Shown: positions 18,689-30,102, counted from the first letter of the stretch. The stretch: 64,000 bases of DNA from an uncultured Eubacterium sp. (GCA_945910225.1 CAMDYG010000009.1:35-64034), one strand, 5' to 3'. Made by a program: numbers and translations. The notes: generated by a model from the sequence alone, not told the origin.

Positions 18689-19468
18689 ATGTTCTGGAAG
18701 AAGACAGTTGTGTCAGTATGTATAGCTGCGCTGGCTGCTATTGTAGTGGCAGGATGCGGAAAGCATGTTAAGGCAGCAGTGTATACATATGAAGAGAATG
18801 ATGAAGGAAAGCTTGTAATTACAGGGCTTACCGATAAGGGAAAAGAGGATATGGTGCTTAAAGTTCCTGCCAGTATAGATGGTAAGGAAGTTATTGGAAT
18901 AGGAAGCGGGGCATTCAGGGAAGATACTAAGGTAACAGAGGTAGTAATAGCAGATGGAATAACATATGTATCTGAAAATGTATTTCTTAACTGCTATAAT
19001 CTTAAGAATATTGATATCCCTGAATCCGTGAAAACAATTGGAACCAATACATTTACAGGAACCGAATGGGAATATCAGATATTTAAAGACAAAGATGAAG
19101 TTGTTGTTAATGATATCCTGTGTGCAGTCAACAAGGATGAAGGTTCTTACACAGTGCCGGATGGAGTAGTTACTATAGCATCAGGTGTGTTTTATAATAA
19201 AACAGGCATAACATCAGTGAATATACCTGATTCTGTGGAGGAGATAGGAACATATGCATTCTCAGGATGTACAGGAATAGAAAAAATAGAACTGCCGTCG
19301 GGACTTAAAAGAATAGGATATGGCGCATTTGCCAATATGTCATTGAAAAATATGAATGTGCCGGCAAGAGTTGACAGCATAGGAAATGAAGCATTCCTTG
19401 GAATACAAGAGATTAATTATCAGGGAAAAGCACAGGGAAGTCCATGGGGAGCAGATACGGTTCAATAA
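18689..19468 (+). CDS. BspA-type leucine-rich-repeat (LRR_5) lipoprotein
   Basis: Lipobox VAG-C, and repeats of I.IP.SV..IG..AF..C..L. Confidence 0.85.
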   Translation: MFWKKTVVSVCIAALAAIVVAGCGKHVKAAVYTYEENDEGKLVITGLTDKGKEDMVLKVPASIDGKEVIGIGSGAFREDTKVTEVVIADGITYVSENVFLNCYNLKNIDIPESVKTIGTNTFTGTEWEYQIFKDKDEVVVNDILCAVNKDEGSYTVPDGVVTIASGVFYNKTGITSVNIPDSVEEIGTYAFSGCTGIEKIELPSGLKRIGYGAFANMSLKNMNVPARVDSIGNEAFLGIQEINYQGKAQGSPWGADTVQ

Positions 19469-19484
19469 GAAAGCGAGGATTAAT

Positions 19485-20423
19485 ATGATAAAAAAGAAAA
19501 CTAATACATTTCTTTCATGCGACCAGAAAACATCTATACATGTTGTTATGTGGTGTCCGGATGAAGATAAGTATGAACAGCCGGTTGCAATTCTTCAGTT
19601 GTGTCATGGAATGATAGAATATATAGACAGATATGATGGATTCGGAAAGTTCATGGCTGAAAAGGGAATACTTGTGGTTGGTAATGACCATCTTGGACAT
19701 GGAAAGTCGGTTGCATCAGAAGATGATTACGGATATTTCAAGAAGAAACATCCACAGGAGGCACTTGCAAAAGATGCGCATCATCTTACAGTCTTAATGA
19801 AGAAAATGTATCCTGGCGTAAAATATTATCTTGCAGGACATAGCATGGGATCATTTGTTACAAGAAAATATATCTGTGACTATGGTAAAGAACTTGATGG
19901 AGTTATTATAATGGGAACCGGACATCAGCCAACACCAGTAGTACTGGCAGGTAAGGCGCTTGCACAGATAACTAAGCTCATAAAGGGAGACAGGTATAGA
20001 AGCTCATTCTTATCAAAGGTAATGTTTGGCAGCTACAATAAAAAGATAAAAAACGTAAGAACTGCCAATGACTGGCTTACAAGAGATGAGAAGATAGTTG
20101 ATGAATACAATGCAGGAAAGCTTACTACTTTTTTATTTACAGCTAATGGATATATAGGCCTTATGAATATGATACTGTATGTAAGGAATCCTAAGAATAT
20201 AGCACGTATTCCAAAGGAACTTCCTATGCTTATGATGTCAGGTCTTGATGATCCTGTTGGTGAATATGGCAAGGGTGTGTATCGTGCATATAATACTTAT
20301 CATGGACATATAGAGGATATAGATTTAAGACTGTATGAAGACTGCCGTCATGAATTGTGCAATGAACTTAATAAAGAATTCATATATGAAGAAATGTATG
20401 ACTGGATCAGACAGCATATGTAA
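19485..20423 (+). CDS. Alpha/beta hydrolase (lysophospholipase-like)
   Basis: HGMIEY, DHLGHG, nucleophile GHSMG, SG..DPVG and RHEL. Confidence 0.9.
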   Translation: MIKKKTNTFLSCDQKTSIHVVMWCPDEDKYEQPVAILQLCHGMIEYIDRYDGFGKFMAEKGILVVGNDHLGHGKSVASEDDYGYFKKKHPQEALAKDAHHLTVLMKKMYPGVKYYLAGHSMGSFVTRKYICDYGKELDGVIIMGTGHQPTPVVLAGKALAQITKLIKGDRYRSSFLSKVMFGSYNKKIKNVRTANDWLTRDEKIVDEYNAGKLTTFLFTANGYIGLMNMILYVRNPKNIARIPKELPMLMMSGLDDPVGEYGKGVYRAYNTYHGHIEDIDLRLYEDCRHELCNELNKEFIYEEMYDWIRQHM

Positions 20424-20433
20424 TGTTATATAT

Positions 20434-20472
20434 AAAAATCCCGTGACTGGAATATGTAGTCACGGGATTTTT
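20434..20472. terminator. Bidirectional terminator
   Basis: AAAAATCCCGTGACT...AGTCACGGGATTTTT between converging genes. Confidence 0.85.
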
Positions 20473-20479
20473 ATAAGTA

Positions 20480-21379
20480 TTATAACTTGATTGTTGTATA
20501 TTTAGGGATACATGCAATTCCAAGTGCATAAGGACCTGTGTGGCAGCCTGATATAATACTGATTCTTGTCTTGAAGTCAGCTCTTCTTTCAAGCAGAGTA
20601 GTTCCAAGAGCAGCTTCTACAGCATCACGATACTCGTCAGCTTCTTCAGGATTAGTACAATAACCTACAGTAATATCCCAATCTTCAATAGGTCTTCCCT
20701 TTGATTCAATATATTTCTTGATCATATCAATAACATTGGACTTACCTTTGTTACGTGTTCTTGTAAAACCGCCAAGACCAATCTCGCCCTCTTTCATGAC
20801 GATGATAGGTCTGAGGCTTAACTTGCTTGTAATAGTGATAGCAGTCTTGGCAAGTCTGCCGCCTTTGCTCAGATATTCAAGAGACTCTGTTGTGAACATG
20901 ATTCTTCCGTCATTTCTTAAAGCCTCAAGTACTTTAATTGTATCCTCATAAGAATATCCAGCTTTTCTCATTTCAAGAGCCTGGTATATAAAAAGAGAAA
21001 ATGATGCAGAATTAAGTAATGAATTGATTACAGTAACTTTGGCATCAGGATGATCCTCTAATATTATATCTTTAGCCGTGCATGCTGAATTGTATGAACC
21101 TGAAAAATACGAAGTAATAGTGCACACAATTGCAGGTCTGCCAGCCTCAACACTTGGCATGATAGCATCTACAAAGTCCTGTACGCTAGGAAGGGATGAT
21201 TTAGGAAAAGCTCCTTCGTCGGTCATTCTTCTGTAGAATTCATCATGTGTTATATCGTATTGTTCCTTAAGGTAATTAACTCCGTCAAAAGTAGTATAGA
21301 GTGGTACAAGCTTAAGGTTGTGTGTCTCTGCGTATTCTCTTACTATGTCGCAAGCGGAATCTGTAATTATATCAAACAT
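20480..21379 (-). CDS. DegV family fatty-acid-binding protein
   Basis: IITDSACD, PKSSLPS, SGSYNSA and ESLEYLSKGGR. RBS GGAGG before MFDII. Confidence 0.93.
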   Translation of the reverse strand: MFDIITDSACDIVREYAETHNLKLVPLYTTFDGVNYLKEQYDITHDEFYRRMTDEGAFPKSSLPSVQDFVDAIMPSVEAGRPAIVCTITSYFSGSYNSACTAKDIILEDHPDAKVTVINSLLNSASFSLFIYQALEMRKAGYSYEDTIKVLEALRNDGRIMFTTESLEYLSKGGRLAKTAITITSKLSLRPIIVMKEGEIGLGGFTRTRNKGKSNVIDMIKKYIESKGRPIEDWDITVGYCTNPEEADEYRDAVEAALGTTLLERRADFKTRISIISGCHTGPYALGIACIPKYTTIKL

Positions 21380-21559
21380 AAATATATTATCCTCCAAGTT
21401 GTGAAAACGATTTGTTTTGTTAATTGATATGGTAACACATAGTATTCAAAACTACAATACATAAATATTAATATTTTGTTAAATATGCATTTATAATTAG
21501 AAAATTATGTTGTATAATATTTTTCGTGTGAATTAATTCCGATAATGGAGGACATTATA

Positions 21560-22108
21560 ATGAAGGTATGTACATTTCTTACCGAGGGCTTTGAAACAGT
21601 TGAAGCTCTTGCTGTTATTGACATATTGAGAAGAGCAGATATACAGGTTGATACAATATCTATTACTGGAGACAGGCTTGTTAAGAGCGCACAGGGAATT
21701 ACAGTAATGGCAGATGAATTATTAGATGAATATGAATTTGATGGAAGCGAAATGCTTTTTTTACCGGGAGGACCGGGACACCAGTCATATTATAAGTGTG
21801 ACAGGCTTATTGAATTGTTAAAGGATTATAATGCTAAGAATAACAGAATTGCAGCTATATGTGCTGCTCCGTCTGTGCTTGGCAGTCTTGGATTATTAGA
21901 AGGCAGAAAGGCAATGGCATTTCCGGGATTTGAAGACAAGCTTAAGGGAGCGGAAGTATTAAAAGCTCCGGAACGTGTTGTTACGGATGGCAATATTACG
22001 ACATCAAGAGGAATGGGAACTTCAATAGATCTTGGACTCGAGATGGTAAGACTTTTAAAGGGTGAGGCTCTTGCGGAGCAGCTCAGGGCATCAACACAAT
22101 ATATATAA
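21560..22108 (+). CDS. DJ-1/YajL/PfpI family protein
   Basis: GFETVEA..IDILRRA, LPGG, AAICAAP and TSRGMGT. Confidence 0.93.
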   Translation: MKVCTFLTEGFETVEALAVIDILRRADIQVDTISITGDRLVKSAQGITVMADELLDEYEFDGSEMLFLPGGPGHQSYYKCDRLIELLKDYNAKNNRIAAICAAPSVLGSLGLLEGRKAMAFPGFEDKLKGAEVLKAPERVVTDGNITTSRGMGTSIDLGLEMVRLLKGEALAEQLRASTQYI

Positions 22109-22125
22109 TAATTCAAGAGGTTAAT

Positions 22126-23259
22126 ATGAGTTACGATAATTATGATTATGAAGAGGCATACAGACATAGTCAGTATAGACGAAAAAGAGCGATTGCAATG
22201 AAGAAAAAAAGAAAGCAGATTCTTAAGAAAAGGTTAATGCTTCTTATATCAGTGGCAGCAGTTGTGGTCATTGCAGTTTTAGTAATCAGCATAACATCAT
22301 CAATAAGAAAGTCCGCTAAAAGCAAAGAAGCATTTGCGTCAGACATAACACAAGAAACTAATGAAGAAACACAGACACAGGAAGAAACAAAGCCATCACT
22401 TATCTATTCGCAGATGGCAGCAGATTATAAGGATCTGTCATCAGATAGCAATATAGGTTCTCCATACGCAGCACTTATAGATGTTACTAATCATAAGATA
22501 ATAGCAGGAAAGGGAGCAACGGAAAAGATATATCCGGCTTCAATGACTAAAGTTATGACACTGATTGTTGTAACAGAGAATCTTAAAGATATGTCACAGA
22601 CATATACATTTGGTTTTGAAATGCTTAACAGATTATATATAGAAGAGGCATCAAGGGCAGGATTTGAACAGGATGAAACAGTTGATGTAGAAGATCTGCT
22701 TTATGGACTTATTCTCCCATCCGGAGCGGATGCGGCAGAAGCTCTTGCAATAATGGTTGCAGGATCTAATGAAGATTTTGCCAAGCTTATGAATCAGAAA
22801 TGCGAAGAATTAGGACTTAAGAATACACATTTTGCCAATCCATCTGGATTGTATGATGATAATCAGTATACTACACCTGCTGAGATGGCAATGATAATGG
22901 AATATGCCATGCAGGACGAATTAAGAGCAAAGGTGCTTGGAACATATCAGTATACGACTAAGGCGACAACACAGCATCCGCAGGGAATTCCTCTTACAAG
23001 CACAATGTATTCAAGAATATATGGCAATGAGGCACCTGGCGTTAAGGTAACTGGAGGAAAGACTGGATATGTCAATGAATCCGGAAGCTGTCTGGTAAGC
23101 TATGCTGTTACAGATAATGGACATGCATATGCGTTCTGCACCAGTGGGGCTACATATAAGTGGGCACCTGTATATGATGAAATATATGTTTACAAGAATC
23201 TTATACCAGATTCAGAGAAAAACATTGAAACAGCTTCGACTGCAAAAGTTAATAATTGA
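22126..23259 (+). CDS. D-alanyl-D-alanine carboxypeptidase (peptidase S11), membrane-anchored
   Basis: Basic N-terminus plus TM, PASMTK (SxxK), HFANPSGL and GGKTG. Confidence 0.88.
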   Translation: MSYDNYDYEEAYRHSQYRRKRAIAMKKKRKQILKKRLMLLISVAAVVVIAVLVISITSSIRKSAKSKEAFASDITQETNEETQTQEETKPSLIYSQMAADYKDLSSDSNIGSPYAALIDVTNHKIIAGKGATEKIYPASMTKVMTLIVVTENLKDMSQTYTFGFEMLNRLYIEEASRAGFEQDETVDVEDLLYGLILPSGADAAEALAIMVAGSNEDFAKLMNQKCEELGLKNTHFANPSGLYDDNQYTTPAEMAMIMEYAMQDELRAKVLGTYQYTTKATTQHPQGIPLTSTMYSRIYGNEAPGVKVTGGKTGYVNESGSCLVSYAVTDNGHAYAFCTSGATYKWAPVYDEIYVYKNLIPDSEKNIETASTAKVNN

Positions 23260-23377
23260 CAGCCAGAATATGTCATAATAATTAGAATTAAAGACCGCAT
23301 AATAACAGTAAGACGATAAGTTATGGCGCCATAGCTTTTCGCCTGAACCAAATTGTTTATTAAGGAGGCATATTATT

Positions 23378-23587
23378 ATGGCTAAATCAACAAGTTCTAA
23401 TTATAAGACTAAGAAGGAAGCACAGAGTGCACTTGACAGATTCAAGATGGAAGTTGCATCAGAGATAGGTGTTAACTTAAAGGATGGTTATAACGGAGAC
23501 CTCACATCAGCAGAGGCTGGATCAGTTGGTGGTAACATGGTTAAAGAGATGATCAGAAGACAGGAAGAGCAGATGAGCGGCAAGTAA
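23378..23587 (+). CDS. Alpha/beta-type small acid-soluble spore protein
   Basis: ALDRFKMEVASEIGV..GYNGDLTS..AGSVGG.MVK. Confidence 0.95.
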   Translation: MAKSTSSNYKTKKEAQSALDRFKMEVASEIGVNLKDGYNGDLTSAEAGSVGGNMVKEMIRRQEEQMSGK

Positions 23588-23627
23588 TCTGCCAGTAACA
23601 TCTTAGAATATACAACACTGACAAACA

Positions 23628-23688
23628 AGGGCTGCAGTAATTGTGTTTTTAGAAAATACAAGGGCTGCAGCCCTATCTTTTATTTTTT
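23628..23688 (+). terminator. Terminator after the SASP gene
   Basis: AGGGCTGCAG...CTGCAGCCCT stem with an inner hairpin, followed by a T-rich tract. Confidence 0.6.
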
Positions 23689-23785
23689 AAAAATATTACT
23701 GGTAATCTTACAATACTTATGTTATAATTCGTGGGTATGTTGTACGATAGTAACATTACATATATCATAGGAGGATTAATTTATA

Positions 23786-25075
23786 ATGAGTTTCACAGTT
23801 GAGAATTTAGAAGAGAAGAATATGGTTAAGCTTGTTATTGAGTCTACTGCAGAAGAATTTGAGGCAGGTCTTAATACTGCATATAATAAGAATAAGAGTA
23901 AGATCAGCCTTCCAGGTTTCAGAAAAGGTAAAGCACCTAGAAAGATGATTGAGAAGATGTATGGCGCAGAAGTATTCTACGAAGATGCAGCTAATTCAAT
24001 TATTCCAGATGCATATGCTAAGGCTGCTGATGAGTGTGGTCTTGAGCTTGTTTCTCAGCCTAAGATCAATGTAACACAGTTAGAGGCTGGAAAGCCATTT
24101 ATCTTTGAAGCTGTTGTAGCTACTAAGCCAGAAGTTGAGCTTGGACAGTACAAGGGCGTTGAGGTAACTAAGGCTGATACAGAAGCAACAGATGCTGATG
24201 TAGAAGAAGAGTTAAAGAGAGTTCAGGATCAGAATTCAAGAACAGTTGCTGTAACAGACAGAGCTGTTAAGGATGGCGATAATACAGTTATTGATTTTGA
24301 AGGATTTGTTGATGGTGTTGCATTTGAAGGCGGTAAGGGAACAGATTATCCACTTACAATCGGATCTCATTCATTCATTGATACATTTGAAGATCAGATT
24401 ATCGGTATGAATATCGGTGATGAGAAAGAAATCAACGTTACATTCCCAGAAGAGTATCATGTAGATGAGCTTAAGGGAAAGCCAGCTATGTTCAAGGTTT
24501 CTGTTAAGGAGATCAAGGAGAAGCAGCTTCCAGAACTTAATGATGAGTTCGCTCAGGATGTATCTGATTTCGATACACTTGCTGAATATAAGGATGATTT
24601 AAAGAATAAGATTGCTGACAGAAAGTCAAGAGAAGCTAAGTCTAAGCAGGAAGATGAAGCAATCGCTAAGATCATTGAAACATCTAAGATGGATATTCCA
24701 GATGCTATGGTTGACACACAGGTTAACAGAATGGTTGAGGATTTTGCTCAGAGATTACAGCAGCAGGGATTATCAGTTGAGCAGTACTTCCAGTACACAG
24801 GTATGACAGCTGATAAGATTATGGATGAGATGAAGCCAGAGGCTGTTAAGAGAATCCAGTCAAGACTTGTTCTTGAGGCAGTTGTTAAGGCTGAGAACAT
24901 CGAAACTTCAGATGAAGAATTTGAAGCAGAGTTAAAGAAGATGGCAGAAGCTTACAAGATGGAACTTGATCATATCAAGGAATTCATGGGAGACTATGAG
25001 AAGAAGCAGATTAAGGAAGATCTTGCAATTCAGAAGGCTGTAGATGTTATCGTTAATTCAGTTGTTGAAAAGTAA
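23786..25075 (+). CDS. tig: Trigger factor
   Basis: PGFRKGKAP ribosome-binding motif and an FKBP-type domain (IDFEGFVDG..FEGGK). Confidence 0.98.
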   Translation: MSFTVENLEEKNMVKLVIESTAEEFEAGLNTAYNKNKSKISLPGFRKGKAPRKMIEKMYGAEVFYEDAANSIIPDAYAKAADECGLELVSQPKINVTQLEAGKPFIFEAVVATKPEVELGQYKGVEVTKADTEATDADVEEELKRVQDQNSRTVAVTDRAVKDGDNTVIDFEGFVDGVAFEGGKGTDYPLTIGSHSFIDTFEDQIIGMNIGDEKEINVTFPEEYHVDELKGKPAMFKVSVKEIKEKQLPELNDEFAQDVSDFDTLAEYKDDLKNKIADRKSREAKSKQEDEAIAKIIETSKMDIPDAMVDTQVNRMVEDFAQRLQQQGLSVEQYFQYTGMTADKIMDEMKPEAVKRIQSRLVLEAVVKAENIETSDEEFEAELKKMAEAYKMELDHIKEFMGDYEKKQIKEDLAIQKAVDVIVNSVVEK

Positions 25076-25117
25076 TTGGATTGATAAGAAACATTTTAGT
25101 ATATTGGAGGTTGTGTA

Positions 25118-25699
25118 ATGAGTTTTGTACCTTATGTCATAGAACAGAACAGCAGAGGCGAGAGATCATATGATATTTACTCAAGACTGCTTAAAGACAG
25201 AATTATATTCTTAGGAGAAGAGGTAACAGATGTTTCTGCTAATCTTGTAGTAGCACAGATGCTATTCCTTGAAGCAGAAGATCCAAGCAAGGATATACAT
25301 TTCTACATTAACAGCCCGGGAGGATCTGTATCAGCAGGTTTTGCTATTTATGATACAATGCAGTACATCAAATGTGATGTATCTACAATATGTATTGGTA
25401 TGGCTGCAAGTATGGGTGCATTCCTTCTTTCAGGCGGTGCTAAGGGAAAGAGACTTGCTCTTCCTAATGCAGAGATTATGATTCACCAGCCATCAGGCGG
25501 TGCAAGAGGTCAGGAGACTGAGATCAGAATCGTTGCTGAGAATATACTTAAGACAAGAAATAAGTTAAATGAAATACTGGCTGCTAACACAGGTAAGTCA
25601 GTTGAAGAGATTTCACGCGACACAGAAAGAGATAATTACATGACAGCACAGGAGGCTGTTGCATATGGACTTATCGATAGTGTTGTAGAAAAGAGATAA
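25118..25699 (+). CDS. clpP: ATP-dependent Clp protease proteolytic subunit
   Basis: [24 protein letters not shown] and MIHQP. Confidence 0.98.
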   Translation: MSFVPYVIEQNSRGERSYDIYSRLLKDRIIFLGEEVTDVSANLVVAQMLFLEAEDPSKDIHFYINSPGGSVSAGFAIYDTMQYIKCDVSTICIGMAASMGAFLLSGGAKGKRLALPNAEIMIHQPSGGARGQETEIRIVAENILKTRNKLNEILAANTGKSVEEISRDTERDNYMTAQEAVAYGLIDSVVEKR

Positions 25700-25806
25700 T
25701 TGCTTATGATAAGGAAGGCGTCTGCAGATTGACATCGGCAGATGTCTCCCTTGTTTTTGCATGATAAGATATTTCATGCATATATGAAAGGTATTTGGAG
25801 GATAGT

Positions 25807-27075
25807 ATGGCAGGCAGAAATATAGACGAGAAGCTTAGATGCTCATTCTGTAATAAGACACAGGATCAGGTTAAGAAGCTTATCGCAGGACATAATGGTG
25901 TATACATTTGCGATGAATGTGTAGAAATATGCAGTGATATCCTTGATGAAGAGTTTGAAACAGAAGATGGCAGCAATGATGTGGTTGAAGGCATGAATAT
26001 TAATCTGCTTAAGCCAAAGCAGATAAAAGAATTCCTTGATGATTATGTTATTGGACAGGATGAGGCAAAGAAGGTGCTTGCAGTTGCTGTATATAATCAT
26101 TACAAGAGAATTATGTCACAGGCAGATCTTGACGTAGAATTACAGAAGAGTAATATTCTTATGCTTGGACCTACAGGTTCAGGAAAAACATTTCTTGCAC
26201 AGAATCTTGCAAGACTTCTTAATGTTCCATTTGCAATTGCAGATGCAACAACTCTTACAGAAGCGGGATATGTTGGCGAAGATGTAGAGAATATTCTTTT
26301 GAAGCTTATACAGGCTGCAGATTATGATGTTGAGAAAGCACAATATGGAATTATATATATTGATGAGATAGATAAGATTACCAAGAAGTCAGAGAATGTA
26401 TCTATAACAAGAGATGTATCTGGTGAAGGCGTACAGCAGGCACTTCTTAAGATATTAGAAGGAACAGTTGCATCAGTTCCACCACAGGGAGGAAGAAAGC
26501 ATCCACAGCAGGAGCTTATTCCTATTGATACAACTAATATCCTTTTCATATGTGGTGGTGCATTTGACGGACTGGAGAAGATAATAGAGTCAAGAATGGA
26601 TAAGAGCTCAATCGGCTTTAATTCAGAGCTTAAAGAAAAGAGTAATGATGATGTTGGAGAGATGTTCCACAAGGCTCTTCCACAGGATCTTATTAAATTC
26701 GGTCTTATACCGGAATTCGTAGGACGAGTACCAGTTGTTGTTTCTCTGGATTCTCTTGATGAAGAAGCTCTTGTAAGAATATTAATAGAGCCTAAGAATG
26801 CTATTATTAAGCAGTATCAGGCATTATTCGGGCTTGATGAGGTAGCGCTTGAATTTACAGATGAAGCTGTAGAGGCAGTTGCACATAAGAGTTTTGAAAG
26901 AAAGACAGGGGCAAGAGGTCTTCGTTCTATTCTGGAATCAGTCATGAATGAAGTAATGTATGAGATTCCATCAGATGAGACAATTGCCAAATGTATAATA
27001 ACTAAGGAAGCTGTAGAAGGTACGGCTAAGCCTCTGTTAGAATACAGAACAGATGCTGTTAAAAAAGCACAGTAA
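25807..27075 (+). CDS. clpX: Clp protease ATPase subunit ClpX
   Basis: C4 zinc finger CSFC...[12 protein letters not shown] and [10 protein letters not shown]. Confidence 0.98.
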   Translation: MAGRNIDEKLRCSFCNKTQDQVKKLIAGHNGVYICDECVEICSDILDEEFETEDGSNDVVEGMNINLLKPKQIKEFLDDYVIGQDEAKKVLAVAVYNHYKRIMSQADLDVELQKSNILMLGPTGSGKTFLAQNLARLLNVPFAIADATTLTEAGYVGEDVENILLKLIQAADYDVEKAQYGIIYIDEIDKITKKSENVSITRDVSGEGVQQALLKILEGTVASVPPQGGRKHPQQELIPIDTTNILFICGGAFDGLEKIIESRMDKSSIGFNSELKEKSNDDVGEMFHKALPQDLIKFGLIPEFVGRVPVVVSLDSLDEEALVRILIEPKNAIIKQYQALFGLDEVALEFTDEAVEAVAHKSFERKTGARGLRSILESVMNEVMYEIPSDETIAKCIITKEAVEGTAKPLLEYRTDAVKKAQ

Positions 27076-27083
27076 GATTATTG

Positions 27084-27119
27084 AGGCGGACTGTTCGTGG
27101 ATGGACAGTCCGCTTTTTT
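27084..27119 (+). terminator. Intrinsic terminator after clpX
   Basis: GCGGACTGT/ACAGTCCGC stem plus T6. Confidence 0.8.
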
Positions 27120-27141
27120 AGGGTAAAGGGAAAATAAATAT

Positions 27142-29499
27142 ATGAAAAAGAATACAGATAACAGATATTATCCGGTTATTCCATTAAGGGATACAACAGT
27201 ATTTCCAGGGATGGTTATGCATTTTGATGTCAGCCGTAAAAAGTCAATAAAAGCCATACAGTCAGCGATGACATCAGACCAGTATATATTTCTGGTAACA
27301 CAGCGTGATTCACAGGTTTCAGAACCTGATATATCAGATATATATACAGTGGGAACACTGGCTGTAATTAAACAGATAATTAAAATGCCGGGCAAGATAT
27401 TAAGAATACAGGTTGAAGGAATCTGCAAAGCTGTAGTTAACAGTTTTGAAGAGGCTTCCGGAATGATGGTTTCGTCTATAACGAAAACAGAAGATATTCC
27501 AAAGCCTGATGCGGTACTTGGAAGAGCTATTCTTGTTGGAATGAGAGAACTGTTAATGCAGTATGCAAGGGTTAATAGCAAGTTCTCCAAGGATACAATA
27601 AAAAGATGGCTTGAATTAAAAAAAGCAGATGTACTCATGAATGAATTTGCTGCCGAATTTCCTATGGAATATGATAAGAGACAGCAGTTTCTTGAGATGG
27701 AAGATTATGAGCAGATGTATACCTGTGCAGCGACATTGCTTATAAATGAAACCAATGCATACAGGATTAAAGAAGAACTTGGCAATATAGTCAGGGAAAA
27801 GGTAGAGAAAAACCAGAAAGATTATATATTAAGGGAAGAACTGGCTGCAATCAATGAGGAACTGGATGGTTCAATGTCAACAGAAGCTGATGATTTCATG
27901 CAGGCTGTTGAAAATATGGATGCACCGCAGTATGTAAAGGATAAGCTTACAAAGGAAATAAAAAGGCTAAAGAACCTTTCAGGAAATAACTCAGAGGCTA
28001 ATGTGGAAAGAACCTATATTGAGACATGCCTGCAGCTTCCATGGAATATTGGAACACAGGATAACAAAGATATTGAGAATGCAAGAAAAGTTCTGGATGA
28101 AGATCATTACGGAATGGATGAGATCAAGGACAGAATAATTGAATCGCTTGCGGTAAGAAATATAACCAGCAAAGGAAAAGCACCGGTTATATGTCTTGCA
28201 GGTCCTCCGGGAACAGGAAAAACGTCTATAGCAAAATCTGTTGCAAGAGCGTTAGGCAGGCAGTATGTGCGCATATGCCTTGGCGGTGTCAGGGATGAGG
28301 CTGAGATAAGAGGACACAGGAAAACATATATAGGAGCTATGCCGGGAAGGATTATTGATGGGCTTATACAGGCGAAGGCTAATAATCCATTAATGCTTCT
28401 TGATGAGATAGACAAAATAAGCAGCGATTACAAAGGTGATACGTCATCGGCTCTTCTTGAAGTGCTTGATGGCGAGCAGAATGTCAATTTTGCAGATCAT
28501 TATATTGAGATGCCGGTAGATTTATCAAATGTTCTGTTTATAGCTACAGCTAATGATTTATCAAAGATAAGCCGTCCGCTGTTAGACAGAATGGAAGTTA
28601 TAGAAGTGAGTTCATACACTGCGAATGAGAAGTTTCATATAGCAAAGGAACATCTTGTAAAGAAACAGATTAAAGGAAATGGACTTATGGCGCAGGATGT
28701 TAAATTTACTGATAAAGTAGTTAAAACGATAATATCATCATACACAAGAGAGGCAGGAGTGCGAGGACTGGAAAGACAAGTGGCAAAGGTGGTAAGAAAA
28801 GCTGTCCGCCAGTTGTATGACGAAGGCGTATTTATGCCGGATGGTTCAAGAAATAAAAACATAAAAAAGACAATAAGCATATCCGACAAGAATATAACAG
28901 AATATCTGGGTAAGATAAAATACCGTGCAGATAAAAAGAATGATAAAGGTGATGTGGGAATTGTCAGAGGTCTTGCATGGACACAGGCAGGAGGAGATAC
29001 GCTTGAAATCGAAGTTATAACCATGCCGGGAAAGGGAGAATTCAAGCTTACAGGTAACATGGGTGATGTTATGAAGGAATCAGCAAGTATAGCTATATCA
29101 TACGTTAAGTCCATAACAGAAACTGGCAGATACAGAGTGCCAATAGAATTCTATGAGAAACATGGATTCCATCTTCACATACCAGAAGGGGCAACACCAA
29201 AGGATGGTCCATCAGCCGGAATAACAATGGCTACTGCCATACTTTCTGCGGTTACAGGCAGACCGGTACGCGCCGATATTGCAATGACAGGAGAACTTAC
29301 TCTGAGTGGAAAGATACTTCCAATAGGCGGACTTAAAGAAAAACTGATTGCAAGCAGAACAGCCGGAATATACAATGTGTGTGTTCCAGAGGATAACAGG
29401 CAGGATGTAGAAGAACTGGCTGATGAGATTACAGAAGGCATGAACATAATATATGTCAGAAAAGCAACAGATGTTTTTGAACAGGCATTTGTCAGATAA
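27142..29499 (+). CDS. lon: Lon protease
   Basis: LAN N-domain, GPPGTGKT, RGHRKTYIGAMPG and catalytic PKDGPSAG. Confidence 0.97.
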   Translation: MKKNTDNRYYPVIPLRDTTVFPGMVMHFDVSRKKSIKAIQSAMTSDQYIFLVTQRDSQVSEPDISDIYTVGTLAVIKQIIKMPGKILRIQVEGICKAVVNSFEEASGMMVSSITKTEDIPKPDAVLGRAILVGMRELLMQYARVNSKFSKDTIKRWLELKKADVLMNEFAAEFPMEYDKRQQFLEMEDYEQMYTCAATLLINETNAYRIKEELGNIVREKVEKNQKDYILREELAAINEELDGSMSTEADDFMQAVENMDAPQYVKDKLTKEIKRLKNLSGNNSEANVERTYIETCLQLPWNIGTQDNKDIENARKVLDEDHYGMDEIKDRIIESLAVRNITSKGKAPVICLAGPPGTGKTSIAKSVARALGRQYVRICLGGVRDEAEIRGHRKTYIGAMPGRIIDGLIQAKANNPLMLLDEIDKISSDYKGDTSSALLEVLDGEQNVNFADHYIEMPVDLSNVLFIATANDLSKISRPLLDRMEVIEVSSYTANEKFHIAKEHLVKKQIKGNGLMAQDVKFTDKVVKTIISSYTREAGVRGLERQVAKVVRKAVRQLYDEGVFMPDGSRNKNIKKTISISDKNITEYLGKIKYRADKKNDKGDVGIVRGLAWTQAGGDTLEIEVITMPGKGEFKLTGNMGDVMKESASIAISYVKSITETGRYRVPIEFYEKHGFHLHIPEGATPKDGPSAGITMATAILSAVTGRPVRADIAMTGELTLSGKILPIGGLKEKLIASRTAGIYNVCVPEDNRQDVEELADEITEGMNIIYVRKATDVFEQAFVR

Positions 29500-29510
29500 A
29501 GGAGGATTCT

Positions 29511-30101
29511 ATGGTTGTAAAGAAAGTTAATCTTGATATAGTAGTGGGCGTTACGAGTACTTTGCCAGAAACTGAATATCCAGAAGTAGCATTTGCAGGG
29601 AAATCCAATGTTGGCAAATCATCTCTTATTAATGCGCTTATGAATAGAAAGTCATATGCGAGAACATCGTCACAGCCTGGTAAGACACAGACAATTAATT
29701 TCTATAACATTAATGACAGTATGTATCTGGTTGATCTGCCTGGATATGGCTATGCAAGTGTAAGTGCATCGGTTAAAGCCAAATGGGGTAAAATGATCGA
29801 GAAGTATTTAAGAAAGAGCAGCCAGTTAAGACAGGTATTTCTTCTTATAGACATAAGACATGATCCATCAGATAATGACAGAATGATGTATGACTGGATT
29901 GTTAATAATGGATACAGACCAGTTATAGTTGCTACCAAGCTTGATAAGATAAAAAGAAGCCAGGTGGCAAAGCAGGTTAAAGCTGTAAGAACAGGACTTG
30001 GATTAAAGCAGGAAGATATTCTTATTCCATTTTCGTCACAGACCAAGCAGGGATTAAAAGAACTGTGGGAACTTATAGATTCATATGTGGTTGAAGAATA
30101 A
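29511..30101 (+). CDS. engB: Ribosome biogenesis GTPase YihA/YsxC
   Basis: GKSNVGKSS, PGKT, DLPGYG and TKLD. Confidence 0.96.
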   Translation: MVVKKVNLDIVVGVTSTLPETEYPEVAFAGKSNVGKSSLINALMNRKSYARTSSQPGKTQTINFYNINDSMYLVDLPGYGYASVSASVKAKWGKMIEKYLRKSSQLRQVFLLIDIRHDPSDNDRMMYDWIVNNGYRPVIVATKLDKIKRSQVAKQVKAVRTGLGLKQEDILIPFSSQTKQGLKELWELIDSYVVEE

Positions 30102-30102
30102 C

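Noticed and set aside
23260-23377. Forespore sigma (SigG/SigF) promoter before the SASP gene
   Set aside because: CATAATA is present at 23298, but no -35 element at proper spacing could be assigned.
23786-30101. tig-clpP-clpX-lon-engB cluster
   Set aside because: Standard conserved Firmicute gene order, with nothing unusual seen.
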